NCBI GenBank assembly: GCA_963727625.1
Contig: CAVSHR010000012.1
Coordinates: 352,001 to 416,000, forward strand
Source of the DNA: an uncultured delta proteobacterium
GTDB lineage: Bacteria > Desulfobacterota > Binatia > UBA9968
Length of the DNA: 64,000 bases
Reading direction: 5' to 3'
Below are positions 37,736 through 47,984 of this stretch, one piece after another. Made by a program: the position numbers and the translations under genes. The number at the start of each line of letters is the position of its first letter. Position 1 is the first letter of the stretch. Under the pieces are notes generated by a model. It saw only the letters and a program-made list of their open reading frames with translations, was not told where the DNA came from and ran no database searches.

Positions 37736-38167
37736 ATGAAAAATGCCGCTGCAACAACCAAACCGGAATCAACCGTCGCGGCCATTATGACCACCGAGCT
37801 GGTGAGCTTGAAACTGAACGACACGCTTCGGCTCGCCGACGATTTGATGAATTTGGCGGATATCCGCCATTTTCCGGTCTTGGACGGCGATCGCCTGGCC
37901 GGGATTATCAACCAAAGCGACTTGCTCCACGCTTCGATGGCTTCGCTGATCCACCGTCCCAACGACTCGCCGCGCGCGGCGTTGGGCGCAGTTGCGGTTA
38001 GAGACGTGATGAAGCCAGCAACGACCGTCGCCGCCGACACCTCGCTCAACGACGCCGCGCGAATCATGGTCGATCGCGGCGCCGATTGCCTGCTGGTGTT
38101 AAAGGATCAAAAGCTTGTCGGCTTGGTGAGCCGCACCGACTTGCTGCGTGCCATGGCCCGCGGCTAA
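37736..38167 (+). CDS. CBS-pair protein
   Basis: IMT..LV, IRHFPV, GIINQSDL, VRDVM, LVGLVSRTDLL. Confidence 0.9.
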   Translation: MKNAAATTKPESTVAAIMTTELVSLKLNDTLRLADDLMNLADIRHFPVLDGDRLAGIINQSDLLHASMASLIHRPNDSPRAALGAVAVRDVMKPATTVAADTSLNDAARIMVDRGADCLLVLKDQKLVGLVSRTDLLRAMARG

Positions 38168-38218
38168 AGCCTGTAGAACGCGCTTGCGGGCGGTGGAAAA
38201 ACCAACGGAGGAAATTTT

Positions 38219-38848
38219 ATGCTTGTAGAAAACCGTATGACCAAAGAGCCGGTCACGATCGAGGCAGACGAATTGCTGATCCGCGCGTCGCATAAGATGC
38301 GTTCGGGTGGCTTTCGCCGCCTTCCCGTGGTCAGGGGCGGCAAGCTCATCGGCATCGTCTCCGAACGGGACCTGCGTGAGCACCGCGGCGACTTGGAGCA
38401 TGTCAAGGTGAATGGCGTGGTGACCGAAAATCCGCTCACTGTTAGCCCAGGAACGACGGTGGAAGAGGCCGCCCGGATCATGATGGAACACCAAATCGGC
38501 GGGTTGCCGGTTATCGAAGACGGCCGGTTGGTCGGCATTATCACTGTCACCGATGTCATGAACGCTTTTCTCGAAATGATGGGTGCCTCGAAGGGCGGCA
38601 GCACGCGCATCGATTTCGTCTTGGAAGGCGAAGAACATGGATTTGTGGAGGCCTCCCGCGTCATTGCCCGCGAGGGTGGCGAAGTCTTAGGAATCGGCAC
38701 CTATCGCGACAAACTGGGGGATAATTCGATTTGCTATCTCCGCTTGATCGCTGGCGACGCCGATAAGATCGCCCAGGCGCTCCGATCCAGCGGGTACGAT
38801 GTCCTGGGCGTACATCGAATCGGTGGTGGTGCCAAGGCAATGGACTAA
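38219..38848 (+). CDS. CBS + ACT domain protein (AcuB-like)
   Basis: MLVENRMTKEPVT, FRRLPVV, IGGLPVI, GIITVTD; C-terminal ACT-like segment. Confidence 0.88.
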   Translation: MLVENRMTKEPVTIEADELLIRASHKMRSGGFRRLPVVRGGKLIGIVSERDLREHRGDLEHVKVNGVVTENPLTVSPGTTVEEAARIMMEHQIGGLPVIEDGRLVGIITVTDVMNAFLEMMGASKGGSTRIDFVLEGEEHGFVEASRVIAREGGEVLGIGTYRDKLGDNSICYLRLIAGDADKIAQALRSSGYDVLGVHRIGGGAKAMD

Positions 38849-38867
38849 TCCTTTCAGGAGGTGCGCC

Positions 38868-39296
38868 ATGTCGTTGCAAAATTTCTGCCGCAAGCCACTG
38901 GTGCGAATTTCGCTCGATACCAACATCGCCGAAGCTTGTCACCTGATGGAGCAGAACAACGTCGGCTGTCTAATCGCCGAAAAAGAAGGCAAGCTCTGCG
39001 GCATCATTACCGATCGGGACATTGCGCTGCGGGTCGCCGGCGCGCAGCGAGATCCCCAGTCAACATTGGTCAAGGAGATTATGACTCCTGATCCGGTGCG
39101 GATCTCGGTGGACAAAGACCTGCGCCAGCTCACCGCGCTGATGCACGCTTACCACGTGCGCCGAGTGCCGATCGTCAACGGTTTCGACACGACTTTGGGC
39201 ATTGTCACTTTCGACGATCTCATCGCCCAGTTGGGCGATGAGATGTCGGACATCGGCAAGGCCATTTCGGAAGAATTTCCGCAGGGCAATGCGTAA
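38868..39296 (+). CDS. CBS-pair protein (Hrp1/Rv2626c-like)
   Basis: M..NNVGCL, GIITDRDIALRV, VRRVPIV, GIVTFDDL; AGGAGG RBS before ATG 38868. Confidence 0.9.
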   Translation: MSLQNFCRKPLVRISLDTNIAEACHLMEQNNVGCLIAEKEGKLCGIITDRDIALRVAGAQRDPQSTLVKEIMTPDPVRISVDKDLRQLTALMHAYHVRRVPIVNGFDTTLGIVTFDDLIAQLGDEMSDIGKAISEEFPQGNA

Positions 39297-39347
39297 GCCG
39301 CGTGTCTGTGCCGGGATCGCTATGGGCATTTTCACGGGGGCCGGGCC

Positions 39348-39857
39348 ATGAGTAACATCAGTGAATCGCTCAGAGAAGAGCACGGCGAGATCGCCAAAAA
39401 GATCGAGCTAATGCGCGTCACGGCGGATGCCGTCAACGCCGCAGCGCCCGAAACCCTGGCCCGCGACATCGATAAGATCGACGACTTTCTCCTGCATCAG
39501 TTGCTGCCCCACGCCTTCGCCGAAGAGGAAGTGCTCTATGCCGTGGTCGCAAAAATATTTGGCACGCCGCGCGCCACGACGCCCATGAGCTTGGACCACG
39601 CCGAAATCAGCCGCCTCGCCGAGCAACTCAGGAAGTTGCGGGGGCAGCTTGCCGTTGGCGCCCTCGTCACCGAGAGCGCCAACGATTTACGCCGCGTGCT
39701 TTACGGTCTTTACGTTCTGACGAAAACCCACCTCGCCAAGGAAGAAGAAGTTTATTTGCCGTTGCTCGACGAGCATCTGAGCGAGCAAGAAGCCCATAGG
39801 CTGCTGCACAAGATGGCAGACATTGCGCACCGGGTCGGCGCCCGTTCGGATCATTAA
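39348..39857 (+). CDS. Hemerythrin-like (HHE cation-binding) protein
   Basis: LREEH, PHAFAEEEVLY, MSLDHAEI, HLAKEEEVYLP. Confidence 0.88.
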   Translation: MSNISESLREEHGEIAKKIELMRVTADAVNAAAPETLARDIDKIDDFLLHQLLPHAFAEEEVLYAVVAKIFGTPRATTPMSLDHAEISRLAEQLRKLRGQLAVGALVTESANDLRRVLYGLYVLTKTHLAKEEEVYLPLLDEHLSEQEAHRLLHKMADIAHRVGARSDH

Positions 39858-39912
39858 AAACTCTCGCGGCCGGGCATTCACAACCGGGCGACTTTAAACC
39901 TAAGAGGCAAAA

Positions 39913-40590
39913 ATGATGAGCGTAACCGCAACAGAACGGGAACTCGACGGGGAGCTGGTCAAGTTCCCCGCCGACGGTGTCGAATTGGAAGGAGCGCTCG
40001 CAATTCCTGCGCGCGCTAAAGGCGTCGTGCTTTTCGCTCACGGCAGCGGCAGCAGTCGCCACAGTCCGCGAAACAACTTCGTCGCCCAAAAACTGCACGA
40101 CTCGGGCATCGGCACGTTGTTAATGGATTTGCTGACGCGGCAAGAAGACATGGTTTATGAGAATCGCTTCGATATCGATCTGCTCACCTGGCGGCTCGAG
40201 CGCGCGACCCAATGGCTGACCGAGCAACCCGCCGCCCAGTCCCTTGATATCGGTTACTTCGGCGCCAGCACGGGTGCCGCTGCGGCGCTGAGCGCTGCCG
40301 CGACTTTGGGGCCGGCCATCGGCGCGGTGGTATCCCGCGGCGGCCGGCCCGACCTGGCGATGGCGGCGATTCCACAAGTATCGGCGCCGGTCCTCTTGAT
40401 CGTCGGCGCTCTGGACGGCGTGGTGATCGATCTCAATCGGCAGGCTTATGAAAAACTCAAAGCCGAAAAACGGCTGGCGATCGTCCCGGGCGCGAGCCAT
40501 TTGTTTGAGGAGCCGGGAACCCTGCAAGAAGTGGCGCGCTTGGCTGCGGCCTGGTTCAAGCGTTATCTCGGACGAAAAAGAGAAAATTGA
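39913..40590 (+). CDS. Dienelactone hydrolase-like alpha/beta hydrolase
   Basis: FAHGSGSSRHSPRN, GYFGASTG, VSRGGRPDLA, GASHLFEEPG. Confidence 0.92.
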   Translation: MMSVTATERELDGELVKFPADGVELEGALAIPARAKGVVLFAHGSGSSRHSPRNNFVAQKLHDSGIGTLLMDLLTRQEDMVYENRFDIDLLTWRLERATQWLTEQPAAQSLDIGYFGASTGAAAALSAAATLGPAIGAVVSRGGRPDLAMAAIPQVSAPVLLIVGALDGVVIDLNRQAYEKLKAEKRLAIVPGASHLFEEPGTLQEVARLAAAWFKRYLGRKREN

Positions 40591-40678
40591 AATTGCGTCG
40601 GGCAGACTTATGGGGGGGCGCTCTGCCGTCGCGCCGATTTGGGACTCACTAAACGCGCCGGAAATGGCGCTGAGTGAC

Positions 40679-42430
40679 ATGATCATGACTCTGCCGCACC
40701 CGACCTTCTCGGATACCGCCATGCAAGTGCTGCGCGAGCGCTACTTGCGGCGCGATGAAGCCGGCGCTTTGATCGAGACGCCGCAACGCATGTTCGAACG
40801 CGTCGCCGGCGCGATCGCTTTGCCGGCGCGATCGTTTGGCGAAGATAGGGCGCTCTGGGAAGCACGTTTTTACGAAAGGATGAGCCGTCTCGAGTTCCTG
40901 CCGAACTCACCGACGTTGATGAACGGCGGATTGCCCAAGGGTCAATTGGCGGCCTGCTTTGTGCTGCCGATCGCCGACGATCTTGAGTCGATATTTGCCG
41001 CGCTCAACCGCATGGCGCGAATCCACCAGACCGGCGGCGGCACAGGTTTTTCTTTCAGCCGCCTGCGGCCGCGCGCCAACCGTGTCTGCTCCACTGGCGG
41101 AATCACTTCCGGCCCATTGCCGTTCATAGAACTTTTCGACCACGCCACCGCCGTAATCCGCCAAGGCGGGCGGCGCCGGGGCGCCAATATGGCGGTCTTA
41201 CGCATCGATCATCCCGACATCGAACAATTCATCGGCGCCAAACGAGAGCCCGGGAAGCTTGAGAATTTCAATCTGTCGGTGGCGGTAACCGACGAATTCT
41301 GCGAGACCATGGCAAATAGAAAACCCTTTGCCCTGGTCAATCCGCGCACTGGAAAAACTGCGCGCAGCGTCGATCCGCGCGCGCTATTCGACGCCATCGT
41401 TGCCGCCGCTTGGGCGACCGGCGATCCGGGGCTGTTGTTCATCGATGAAATCAACCGCACCAACCCGACTCCGGCATTGGGCGCCATCGAGGCGACCAAC
41501 CCCTGCGGCGAACAGCCCCTGCTCGCCTATGAGTCCTGCACCCTGGGGTCCATCAATTTAGCCGCCTTCGCCGCAGCCCGGGATGTCGCCTGGCAGCGCT
41601 TGGCCGATGTTGTTTACGATGCGGTGGTGTTTCTCGATAACGTCATCGAGGCCAATCATTATCCGTTCGCCGAGATCGAGGACGCCAGCCGCCGGACTCG
41701 AAAGATCGGTCTGGGCGTCATGGGGCTGGCGGATTTATTGGCACGCGCCGGTGTCCCGTATGACTCGGCGCAAGCCCTGACCCTCGCCGGGAAAATCGCC
41801 CGATTCATGACCGAAAAAGCGCGCGCCGCCTCGGTGGAGCTCGGCGAACATCGCGGCTCATTTCCCGCGTTTCACCAAAGCGTTTGGCCGGCGCGGGGCT
41901 TCAGCGCTCTGCGCAACGCCGCCCTGACCTGCATCGCGCCCACCGGCACGATCAGCTTGATTGCCGGGGCTTCTGCCTCAATCGAGCCGTTCTTTGCGCT
42001 GGCATTCGCGCGCCGGATGCTCGACGGCCGGCGCCTCGTCGAGGTCAACGGCCTGATCGAACAAGAACTCGCCGCACTCGGCGCCGCCGGCACGCAAGCG
42101 TTAAAGCTCATCAGAGAGCAGGGCTCGGCGCGCCGCGTGACCGACCTACCGGAGCACTTGCGGCGCCGCTTTCCGATTGCGCTGGAAATCGCGCCGGCTT
42201 TCCACCTGGGCATGCAGGCGGCCTTTCAAGCGCATACGGACGCGGCAGTTTCGAAAACCGTCAACTTGGCAGCGGACGCGCCGGTGGACGCCGTGGGGGA
42301 AATCTTCGCGCGCGCGCGCGAGCTTCGTCTGAAAGGCATCACCGTCTACCGCTACGGTTCGCGGGCGGGACAAGCCCTATCGCTGATCGGCGACCAGGCT
42401 CTTGCCGATTGCCGCGATTGCGCCGTTTGA
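40679..42430 (+). CDS. nrdJ: Class II (AdoCbl-dependent) ribonucleotide reductase, NrdJ/NrdZ type
   Basis: FLPNSPTLMN, LAACFV, GGGTGFSFS, ATNPCGEQPL, ESCTLGSINL, IAPTGTIS, VSKTVN, KGITVYR, C-terminal CRDC; start moved downstream of the hydrolase stop. Confidence 0.92.
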   Translation: MIMTLPHPTFSDTAMQVLRERYLRRDEAGALIETPQRMFERVAGAIALPARSFGEDRALWEARFYERMSRLEFLPNSPTLMNGGLPKGQLAACFVLPIADDLESIFAALNRMARIHQTGGGTGFSFSRLRPRANRVCSTGGITSGPLPFIELFDHATAVIRQGGRRRGANMAVLRIDHPDIEQFIGAKREPGKLENFNLSVAVTDEFCETMANRKPFALVNPRTGKTARSVDPRALFDAIVAAAWATGDPGLLFIDEINRTNPTPALGAIEATNPCGEQPLLAYESCTLGSINLAAFAAARDVAWQRLADVVYDAVVFLDNVIEANHYPFAEIEDASRRTRKIGLGVMGLADLLARAGVPYDSAQALTLAGKIARFMTEKARAASVELGEHRGSFPAFHQSVWPARGFSALRNAALTCIAPTGTISLIAGASASIEPFFALAFARRMLDGRRLVEVNGLIEQELAALGAAGTQALKLIREQGSARRVTDLPEHLRRRFPIALEIAPAFHLGMQAAFQAHTDAAVSKTVNLAADAPVDAVGEIFARARELRLKGITVYRYGSRAGQALSLIGDQALADCRDCAV

Positions 42431-42570
42431 ATCCCTATGGTGCTTCATTGCTGCGGCCAGGACTGATCCTGGAGCATCTGATTCGAGCCGGCCGCCGCCT
42501 GGGCGTGAGTTCGGCTGGTGACTCGATCGTCGTCGGCAGCTTCACCACCCGGCGCGGCTAACGGCTTTGC

Positions 42571-43002
42571 TCACCGGCTACGGTGACAATAAACGCAGGC
42601 TCCCGAGACTGCTCCTGCGAGCAAAAAATTCGGTGGATCGCGGCTGACTGCCTCCTGCGCGGTTCTAATATCCTGCAAGAAGCTTGACCGATTGGCATCG
42701 ACGAGCGGGTGATTGGTCGGCCACCCGGTTCGGTTCAACTCGAGCGTCGCCTGCTCCATCATTCGAAGATGCTGTAATACTTCAACACGATGGGCTGCGG
42801 TCTCTTCCGGCGATATCATCAGCCCCCGAAGTTCACGCGCATGATAAGCTAACCGCCACATCGTCGAGCGAAGTTGTTCGTCGCTAATGTAATGGAACGT
42901 CGGCGGATAAGTGTATCGGCGCATCCATGCGGCGAAATCGGCACAGGATAAAGCTTGCAGTGCGAGCAAACAGCCGCTCAGCAGGATTACAGATTTTTTC
43001 AT
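42571..43002 (-). CDS. Lipoprotein with C-terminal CxxCH (cytochrome c'-like)
   Basis: Signal/lipobox-like ALSC; helical body; GACVYCH at the C-terminus. Confidence 0.75.
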   Translation of the reverse strand: MKKSVILLSGCLLALQALSCADFAAWMRRYTYPPTFHYISDEQLRSTMWRLAYHARELRGLMISPEETAAHRVEVLQHLRMMEQATLELNRTGWPTNHPLVDANRSSFLQDIRTAQEAVSRDPPNFLLAGAVSGACVYCHRSR

Positions 43003-43310
43003 GGACTCAACACCGCGTTTTTAATCGTTGCCCGGGTCAAACCAGGAGCGGCAATTGATGATCTCCACTGCTCCGGAAATGGTCATGAACCCGTTTAGCC
43101 TAGGCCCCGGCCATTGCCTGGCAGTTGCGTGGTGCAACCGACCGAAGCTCGTCGCTTTACCACGAAGCTGCATCCGAAGGAGAGGTTGATCCTTTGATCT
43201 TTCGCTTGGACACCTCGACTGCCGTTTTTAGGTTTAGCCATGGCCGATGCTTTCACACGAGAATTCCAAGTCTCGGCGTCGGTGAAATCAACGCGCGCAC
43301 TTTAGCGCGG

Positions 43311-44183
43311 TCAGGCGGCCTTTTCCGGAACGGCGAGCACTGCGCAGTGCGCGGCACGCAGGACTCGCTCGGCGGTGCTGCCGCGCAGAGCGTCGAGAAA
43401 ATCGAGATGGCCCTGGGTGGCCATCACGATCAAGTCCGGCGTCCAATCGGCGGCTTCTTTGAGGATGGATTCAAACGGATCTCCCGGCACCAAGCGCTCT
43501 TCCCAGGTCCAATCCGGCCGGTGCGGCAGATAGAGCGTCGGCATACCTTGAGCCCTGCCCACATGAAGAAGCTTGAACTCCACGCCCTGACAATCGAAAC
43601 CGGCGGCGAGAAAATAGGCTTCCTCCAGGGCGGCCTGCGCACTGGGCTGGTGATCCACCGGAATCAGAATTCGCCGCAGCTTCACCGCGCCGTTAGCCGG
43701 AGAGATAAACCCTCTGCCTTGCGCCGGGACAAACAAGGTCATGGCGCGCGAACGGCGCGCCAGAGGCTCGGCAATCGGTTTATGCAGCCAACGGTTGAGC
43801 CCTTCGCGTTGGCGGGTGGCGAGCACCAGTAGGTCGGGCGGATGGTTCTCGCAATAGCGCACCAACGACTCCAGCGGATCGTTTTCCGCATTGAGAATCT
43901 TCTTCACCCGCAGACCGGTTTTGGCGACCTCCTCTGCCTTGGCACCCGCCGGCAAAATGTTCCAGCGCGCCAGGGTCGCGCGCACCCCGGGGAAATCGGT
44001 CCAGTGGATGTCCGTCTCGTTGCCGATGCGATGGCGCTCGACATGGACAATCTCCAACTCGGCCTTGGACTGGAGCGCGATCTTGAGCGCGTGCGCGAAG
44101 GCGACCCTGCTGCTCTGAGAAAAATCCGATGGATGGACAATGCGCAGGAGCGGCCCGCTTTCGGCTTTGGCTCGATTCTGCAT
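43311..44183 (-). CDS. Tandem-domain universal stress protein
   Basis: IVHPSDFS...AFAHAL, ILIPVDH, DLIVMATQG...GSTAERVLR; AGGAG RBS before ATG 44183. Confidence 0.9.
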   Translation of the reverse strand: MQNRAKAESGPLLRIVHPSDFSQSSRVAFAHALKIALQSKAELEIVHVERHRIGNETDIHWTDFPGVRATLARWNILPAGAKAEEVAKTGLRVKKILNAENDPLESLVRYCENHPPDLLVLATRQREGLNRWLHKPIAEPLARRSRAMTLFVPAQGRGFISPANGAVKLRRILIPVDHQPSAQAALEEAYFLAAGFDCQGVEFKLLHVGRAQGMPTLYLPHRPDWTWEERLVPGDPFESILKEAADWTPDLIVMATQGHLDFLDALRGSTAERVLRAAHCAVLAVPEKAA

Positions 44184-44212
44184 CACCGTCTCCTTTTGCC
44201 CGCCCGGCATAA

Positions 44213-44710
44213 TCAACTCTCCGTCGTGGGCTTCACTGTCAGCACCGGGCAAGGCGCGTGGCGCACGACTTTTTCGGCAACGTTGCCGATCACCAGCCGT
44301 TTGAGACCGGTGCGCCCGTGGGTTGCCAGGACGATCAGATCGGTACGGAGGTCCTCCGCGGTGTCGAGGATCCCCTCGAATGGATCGCCGCGGCGGACAT
44401 GATAATGAACCTTGGAATAATGTTGGGCGACATCGCGACAGAACTGTTTGAGCAGGACTTCCGAGTGCTCTTCGGTGGCGCGTAGAGCTTTCGCGCGCCG
44501 CTGCGGTTCGCCGGCGTAGGCGTCGATCAGCGCCGGGTTGGTCTGGGTGATTTCACCCATGTAGATGTCATCGAATGGGTTGTGAATCACGTGCAAAATA
44601 TCTAGATCCGCGTCGCTGCTCTCGGCGACTTTCACCGCCAGCCTTAAAGCATCGAGCGAGAACCCCGACAGATCCACCGGGCAGAGAATTTTTTTGAAGT
44701 CTAGGCTCAT
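44213..44710 (-). CDS. Universal stress protein
   Basis: KILCPVDLS, DLIVLATHGRTGLKRLVIGNVAEKVVRHAPCPVL. Confidence 0.93.
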   Translation of the reverse strand: MSLDFKKILCPVDLSGFSLDALRLAVKVAESSDADLDILHVIHNPFDDIYMGEITQTNPALIDAYAGEPQRRAKALRATEEHSEVLLKQFCRDVAQHYSKVHYHVRRGDPFEGILDTAEDLRTDLIVLATHGRTGLKRLVIGNVAEKVVRHAPCPVLTVKPTTES

Positions 44711-44795
44711 CGGTCCCTCCTTGATTGGCGAATTTAACGTTTAACCAAACGGCGCCGAGCGCCGGCATTGTCATCGGGCGTCCGCCACCTTGAGA

Positions 44796-44811
44796 GGCAA
44801 AGGCCGTGCCC
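44796..44811 (-). promoter_or_regulatory. sigma-54 promoter (usp-usp)
   Basis: GGGCACGGCCTTTGCC. Confidence 0.7.
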
Positions 44812-44902
44812 AGTCAAGCCATCGATCGAGCCCCAACGGCTCGATAATCTTTGCGTAAAATCGAATCTGATCCGGGTTTCCCGGCGCTATCGGTTCGGCC
44901 CT

Positions 44903-44949
44903 TCGTCATAAATGAATAAATACTACAATAATCATGTCAAAGATGAGAA
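44903..44949. promoter_or_regulatory. Paired putative enhancer sites between divergent promoters
   Basis: TCGTCA-TAAA-TGAATA (44903) and ATGTCA-AAGA-TGAGAA (44934), 31 bp apart. Confidence 0.62.
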
Positions 44950-45061
44950 ATAAACGCCTGGCAATCCAGGGAAAAATTCATCGAGCGTAGACTGCCAAGA
45001 AGGGTGGCAGCGGCTATACCCGGCTAGAACATCACCGAAAGTTTTACGCAGCGCCGCCCGA

Positions 45062-45077
45062 TGGTAAACCGATTGCA
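45062..45077 (+). promoter_or_regulatory. sigma-54 promoter
   Basis: TGGTAAACCGATTGCA. Confidence 0.65.
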
Positions 45078-45157
45078 GAAATCGTCTGGCTACTGGCGAA
45101 CACCGAAAGTAGCCGTTATATTAAACGTTAGTCTTATCAGCGAGTGAAAGGAGGTTT

Positions 45158-45598
45158 TTGATGATTACGCGCAGCTTTCAAAGTCGCTTGTTCCAGGTGC
45201 CGCTATCAGCATCGATCGGTCTGATGCTTTTGCTCACCGTCGCCGCGCATGCGCAAATGGTGCGCGAGCGCCAGGATATTGGCAGGCTACTAACGCTCGA
45301 CAAGATTCGCGCCGCCGACGGCGTGGTATCCGGCGAGGTCGTCAATCGCTCATCCCACGCCATGCGCGATGTTCAGCTTTTCATTCGTTACACCTGGCTA
45401 TGGGACAACGAAATGAAACCCGGCAAAAATGACCCGGGGACATCGGCCTATGATACTTTGTCGCAGGAGATCCCAGCGGGCGGTCGCTTGCCTTTTACTT
45501 TTAAACCCTCGCCGCCGTTAGCCAAGATGACGGGCGGTCGCTTCGAGACGTCGGTGGCCATCTCCGGTTTTACCGAGGTTATTCCGCAAACGAGGTGA
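45158..45598 (+). CDS. Secreted beta-sandwich hypothetical protein
   Basis: AGGAGG RBS, signal peptide ending AHA, VSGEVVNRS...RDVQL, IPAGG..PF.F. Confidence 0.75.
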   Translation: MMITRSFQSRLFQVPLSASIGLMLLLTVAAHAQMVRERQDIGRLLTLDKIRAADGVVSGEVVNRSSHAMRDVQLFIRYTWLWDNEMKPGKNDPGTSAYDTLSQEIPAGGRLPFTFKPSPPLAKMTGGRFETSVAISGFTEVIPQTR

Positions 45599-45643
45599 TC
45601 GAATCCATAGGCGGGCTCGCGGATCGCACAGTCCGCGCGCGCA

Positions 45644-47374
45644 TCAATCGAATGCCTGCTCGATGAGGTAATGATCCGCGACATGCGCGAGGATCTCCGA
45701 TCGGTCGGGCATCGCACCGATGGGAATAGTTCGCTCTAGCTTGCGCAGGCCCCTGGCGAGCTGTTGATCGCCGATCACGTCTCGGACCCAGCGCGAAAAA
45801 TCCCCGGCCCTGAGATGGTACTGCAACGAAGCGGCTGGCGCCGCTTGGATCGCCCGGTAAAACTCGTTCATGTTATAGGCCGTCAACGGTTCCTCCGTGA
45901 GCTGGAAGCGAAATGCTCTTCCCTCGGCCAAGCGCACGTCGGCATATTTGTGCGCATGATGAGCATGGCGCGTGATACGCTCGCCCGGGATGAATAACTG
46001 CCATGGCTGGGCGGCGCCATTTGCCATCAGCAGTCCAGCCCAGGGCGATTTCAAATCATCGAGCGCCGCGTGCGCGTCAACCCCGGGCCCGGCATGGGCC
46101 TGGAGAATCTTGGTCACGAAGTAACGCTCTTCCTCCACTCTGGTACTGGTGAGCACATGGGCGCCGATGGAATTGTAAGCCTCGCCGGCGAGGAGGCTCG
46201 GCCGATAAGTAGCCAAGCCGATATTTCCGGTCACACTGCCGAGATGACGCAGACATGGGCTTTGCTCGTAAAAAAAATAGTGCGCCTCATCGACCAGGAT
46301 CCAATGGGGCATCCCGCTGGCCGCGCGGATTTCTTCCAGGGCGGCAAGCAGCTGGTCGACATAGTTGACCTGATCGCCGGTTTTAAGCGCCGCCAGGGTG
46401 AACACAATGCTGAGCGGTTCGGTCCTGAGTAAGCGCACCGCCGCGGCCGGTGGAGGCAGTGCGAGATCATAGCCGAAGGTGACGATTTTGCTGCGTTCTC
46501 CCATTTGCGCATAGTCGCCTTCCGGGTCGATGATGCAGATTCGGTAACCTACCTCGATGAGTTGTTCGGCGAGCAGGCCGGCAATCCAAGACTTTCCCGA
46601 GCGCGGATCGCCGCTGATCATGAGGTTGGTGCCGGAGTTGGGCAGGGTTACGGGGGCGCCGGCTTGGCTCCGGCCCAAGGTGACCACCCGTCGCGGCGGA
46701 TTCGCCGAGATTCCGCCGCGTTCGATCAAGCGACGAATAAAGTGCGCCACCCCGGCGCCGCCGGGTTGCGAAACCCGATCATCGGCCAACGCTGACACCG
46801 CCAGTGTCGCGTCCCGAGCGGCGACGCCGATCTCGGCGCCGATCAGCATTGGAATATCATTTTCGGCGTCGCCGAAGGCAACCATATTGCGTTCCGAGCG
46901 GCCGAGCTCGTCGAGCGCACGGCGCACGCCCACCGCCTTGTTGATGCCGCTCGGCAGGAGCATCAACGCGGCGCGATTGAAAATCATCTGTCCGTCGATG
47001 CCGAAACGGCGGATCAGTTCGAGCAGCTTGCCTGCGTGTTGTTCCCAGGTCCCGACGATCACTGCACCGGTGTGAAAAGGCACCCCGTGGGCGCGCAGTT
47101 CGCCGAGAAAACGTTCCGGCGGCGGCGTGCCGATCTGGATGGTCCGGCCAAGCTCGCAAAGATGGATCACCGCGCCGTTTTCGGCGACCACGCCGTCAAA
47201 AGGCGCGAGCTCTTCACAAGCCCGCTGGACATCTTCGAGGACTCGCCCGGTCACCAGCAAGGTGACGATACCTTGCGCACGCGCCGCCGCCAAAGCGGCG
47301 TACAATTCGGGCGCGGGATGGCCGTTGGTGGCGCCCGTCCCGTCAAAATCGCAGGCGATGACTCGGCAATACAT
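45644..47374 (-). CDS. Cof-type HAD hydrolase fused to a HerA/DUF87-like P-loop NTPase and a DUF5752-like C-terminal domain
   Basis: ACDFDGT, VTGR, AENGA, FGDAEND; GDPRSGKS, IIDPEGDY, LVDEAH; GDFSRWVRDVIGDQQLA. Confidence 0.85.
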   Translation of the reverse strand: MYCRVIACDFDGTGATNGHPAPELYAALAAARAQGIVTLLVTGRVLEDVQRACEELAPFDGVVAENGAVIHLCELGRTIQIGTPPPERFLGELRAHGVPFHTGAVIVGTWEQHAGKLLELIRRFGIDGQMIFNRAALMLLPSGINKAVGVRRALDELGRSERNMVAFGDAENDIPMLIGAEIGVAARDATLAVSALADDRVSQPGGAGVAHFIRRLIERGGISANPPRRVVTLGRSQAGAPVTLPNSGTNLMISGDPRSGKSWIAGLLAEQLIEVGYRICIIDPEGDYAQMGERSKIVTFGYDLALPPPAAAVRLLRTEPLSIVFTLAALKTGDQVNYVDQLLAALEEIRAASGMPHWILVDEAHYFFYEQSPCLRHLGSVTGNIGLATYRPSLLAGEAYNSIGAHVLTSTRVEEERYFVTKILQAHAGPGVDAHAALDDLKSPWAGLLMANGAAQPWQLFIPGERITRHAHHAHKYADVRLAEGRAFRFQLTEEPLTAYNMNEFYRAIQAAPAASLQYHLRAGDFSRWVRDVIGDQQLARGLRKLERTIPIGAMPDRSEILAHVADHYLIEQAFD

Positions 47375-47398
47375 CTGCGCTCCGAGCGACGGACTGAT

Positions 47399-47884
47399 TC
47401 ATGCCGCCCTGCGCTTGGGCAGGTCGACGAGCTGGACGACCTGGGGTTTGACCAGCGCCAGGAAATCTTTGTAACGCAGCCGCATGGTCTGCACGTGATC
47501 GCCAGCATTGAAATAGATAAATTCATCCCTTGCCAGCGCCGGATCGACGATCACCCTAAGTCCGAAAAGGTTTCCAAAGGGAGGCATAGCGCCGGGCTCG
47601 CAGCCGGGAAAAACCGCCGTGAATTCATCCTCTCTGGCACAACGCACGCGGCTCGCGCCCAGACTCGCGCGCGCCGTATCCAGATTGATTTTGTGATTGC
47701 CGTCAATGACCGCCATCACCAACGTCCCGTCCACTTCGAGCATGACGACCTTGGCCAGCTCGTTGCCCGGTATATGTTGGCTGGCAGCAATTTCCTGCGC
47801 GGTGTAAACTAATGAGTGGGTGAAGACTTCGTATGGTACCCTTGCTTCTTCAAGCAGCTCCGTTAATTTTTTTTGAATCGCCAT
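47399..47884 (-). CDS. YbaK/ProX-family aminoacyl-tRNA deacylase
   Basis: YTAQEIA, LAKVV, FPGCEPGAMPPFG, IYFNAGDH. Confidence 0.92.
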   Translation of the reverse strand: MAIQKKLTELLEEARVPYEVFTHSLVYTAQEIAASQHIPGNELAKVVMLEVDGTLVMAVIDGNHKINLDTARASLGASRVRCAREDEFTAVFPGCEPGAMPPFGNLFGLRVIVDPALARDEFIYFNAGDHVQTMRLRYKDFLALVKPQVVQLVDLPKRRAA

Positions 47885-47984
47885 GGTTTTTTCCTCCTTT
47901 TCACTGCAACGTTTTCATCGAGACGAAAAAAGACCGGCCACTGCCGCCAATTAAGGGAATCAAAAACCCCTGTTTCTGTTTAAG

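Noticed and set aside
40448-40678. N-terminal extensions in the ORF track (nrdJ; also usp 3547-3666, mat 21034-21162, CBS 38799-38867)
   Set aside because: They overlap neighbouring genes or predicted promoters; downstream starts fit RBS and domain boundaries better.
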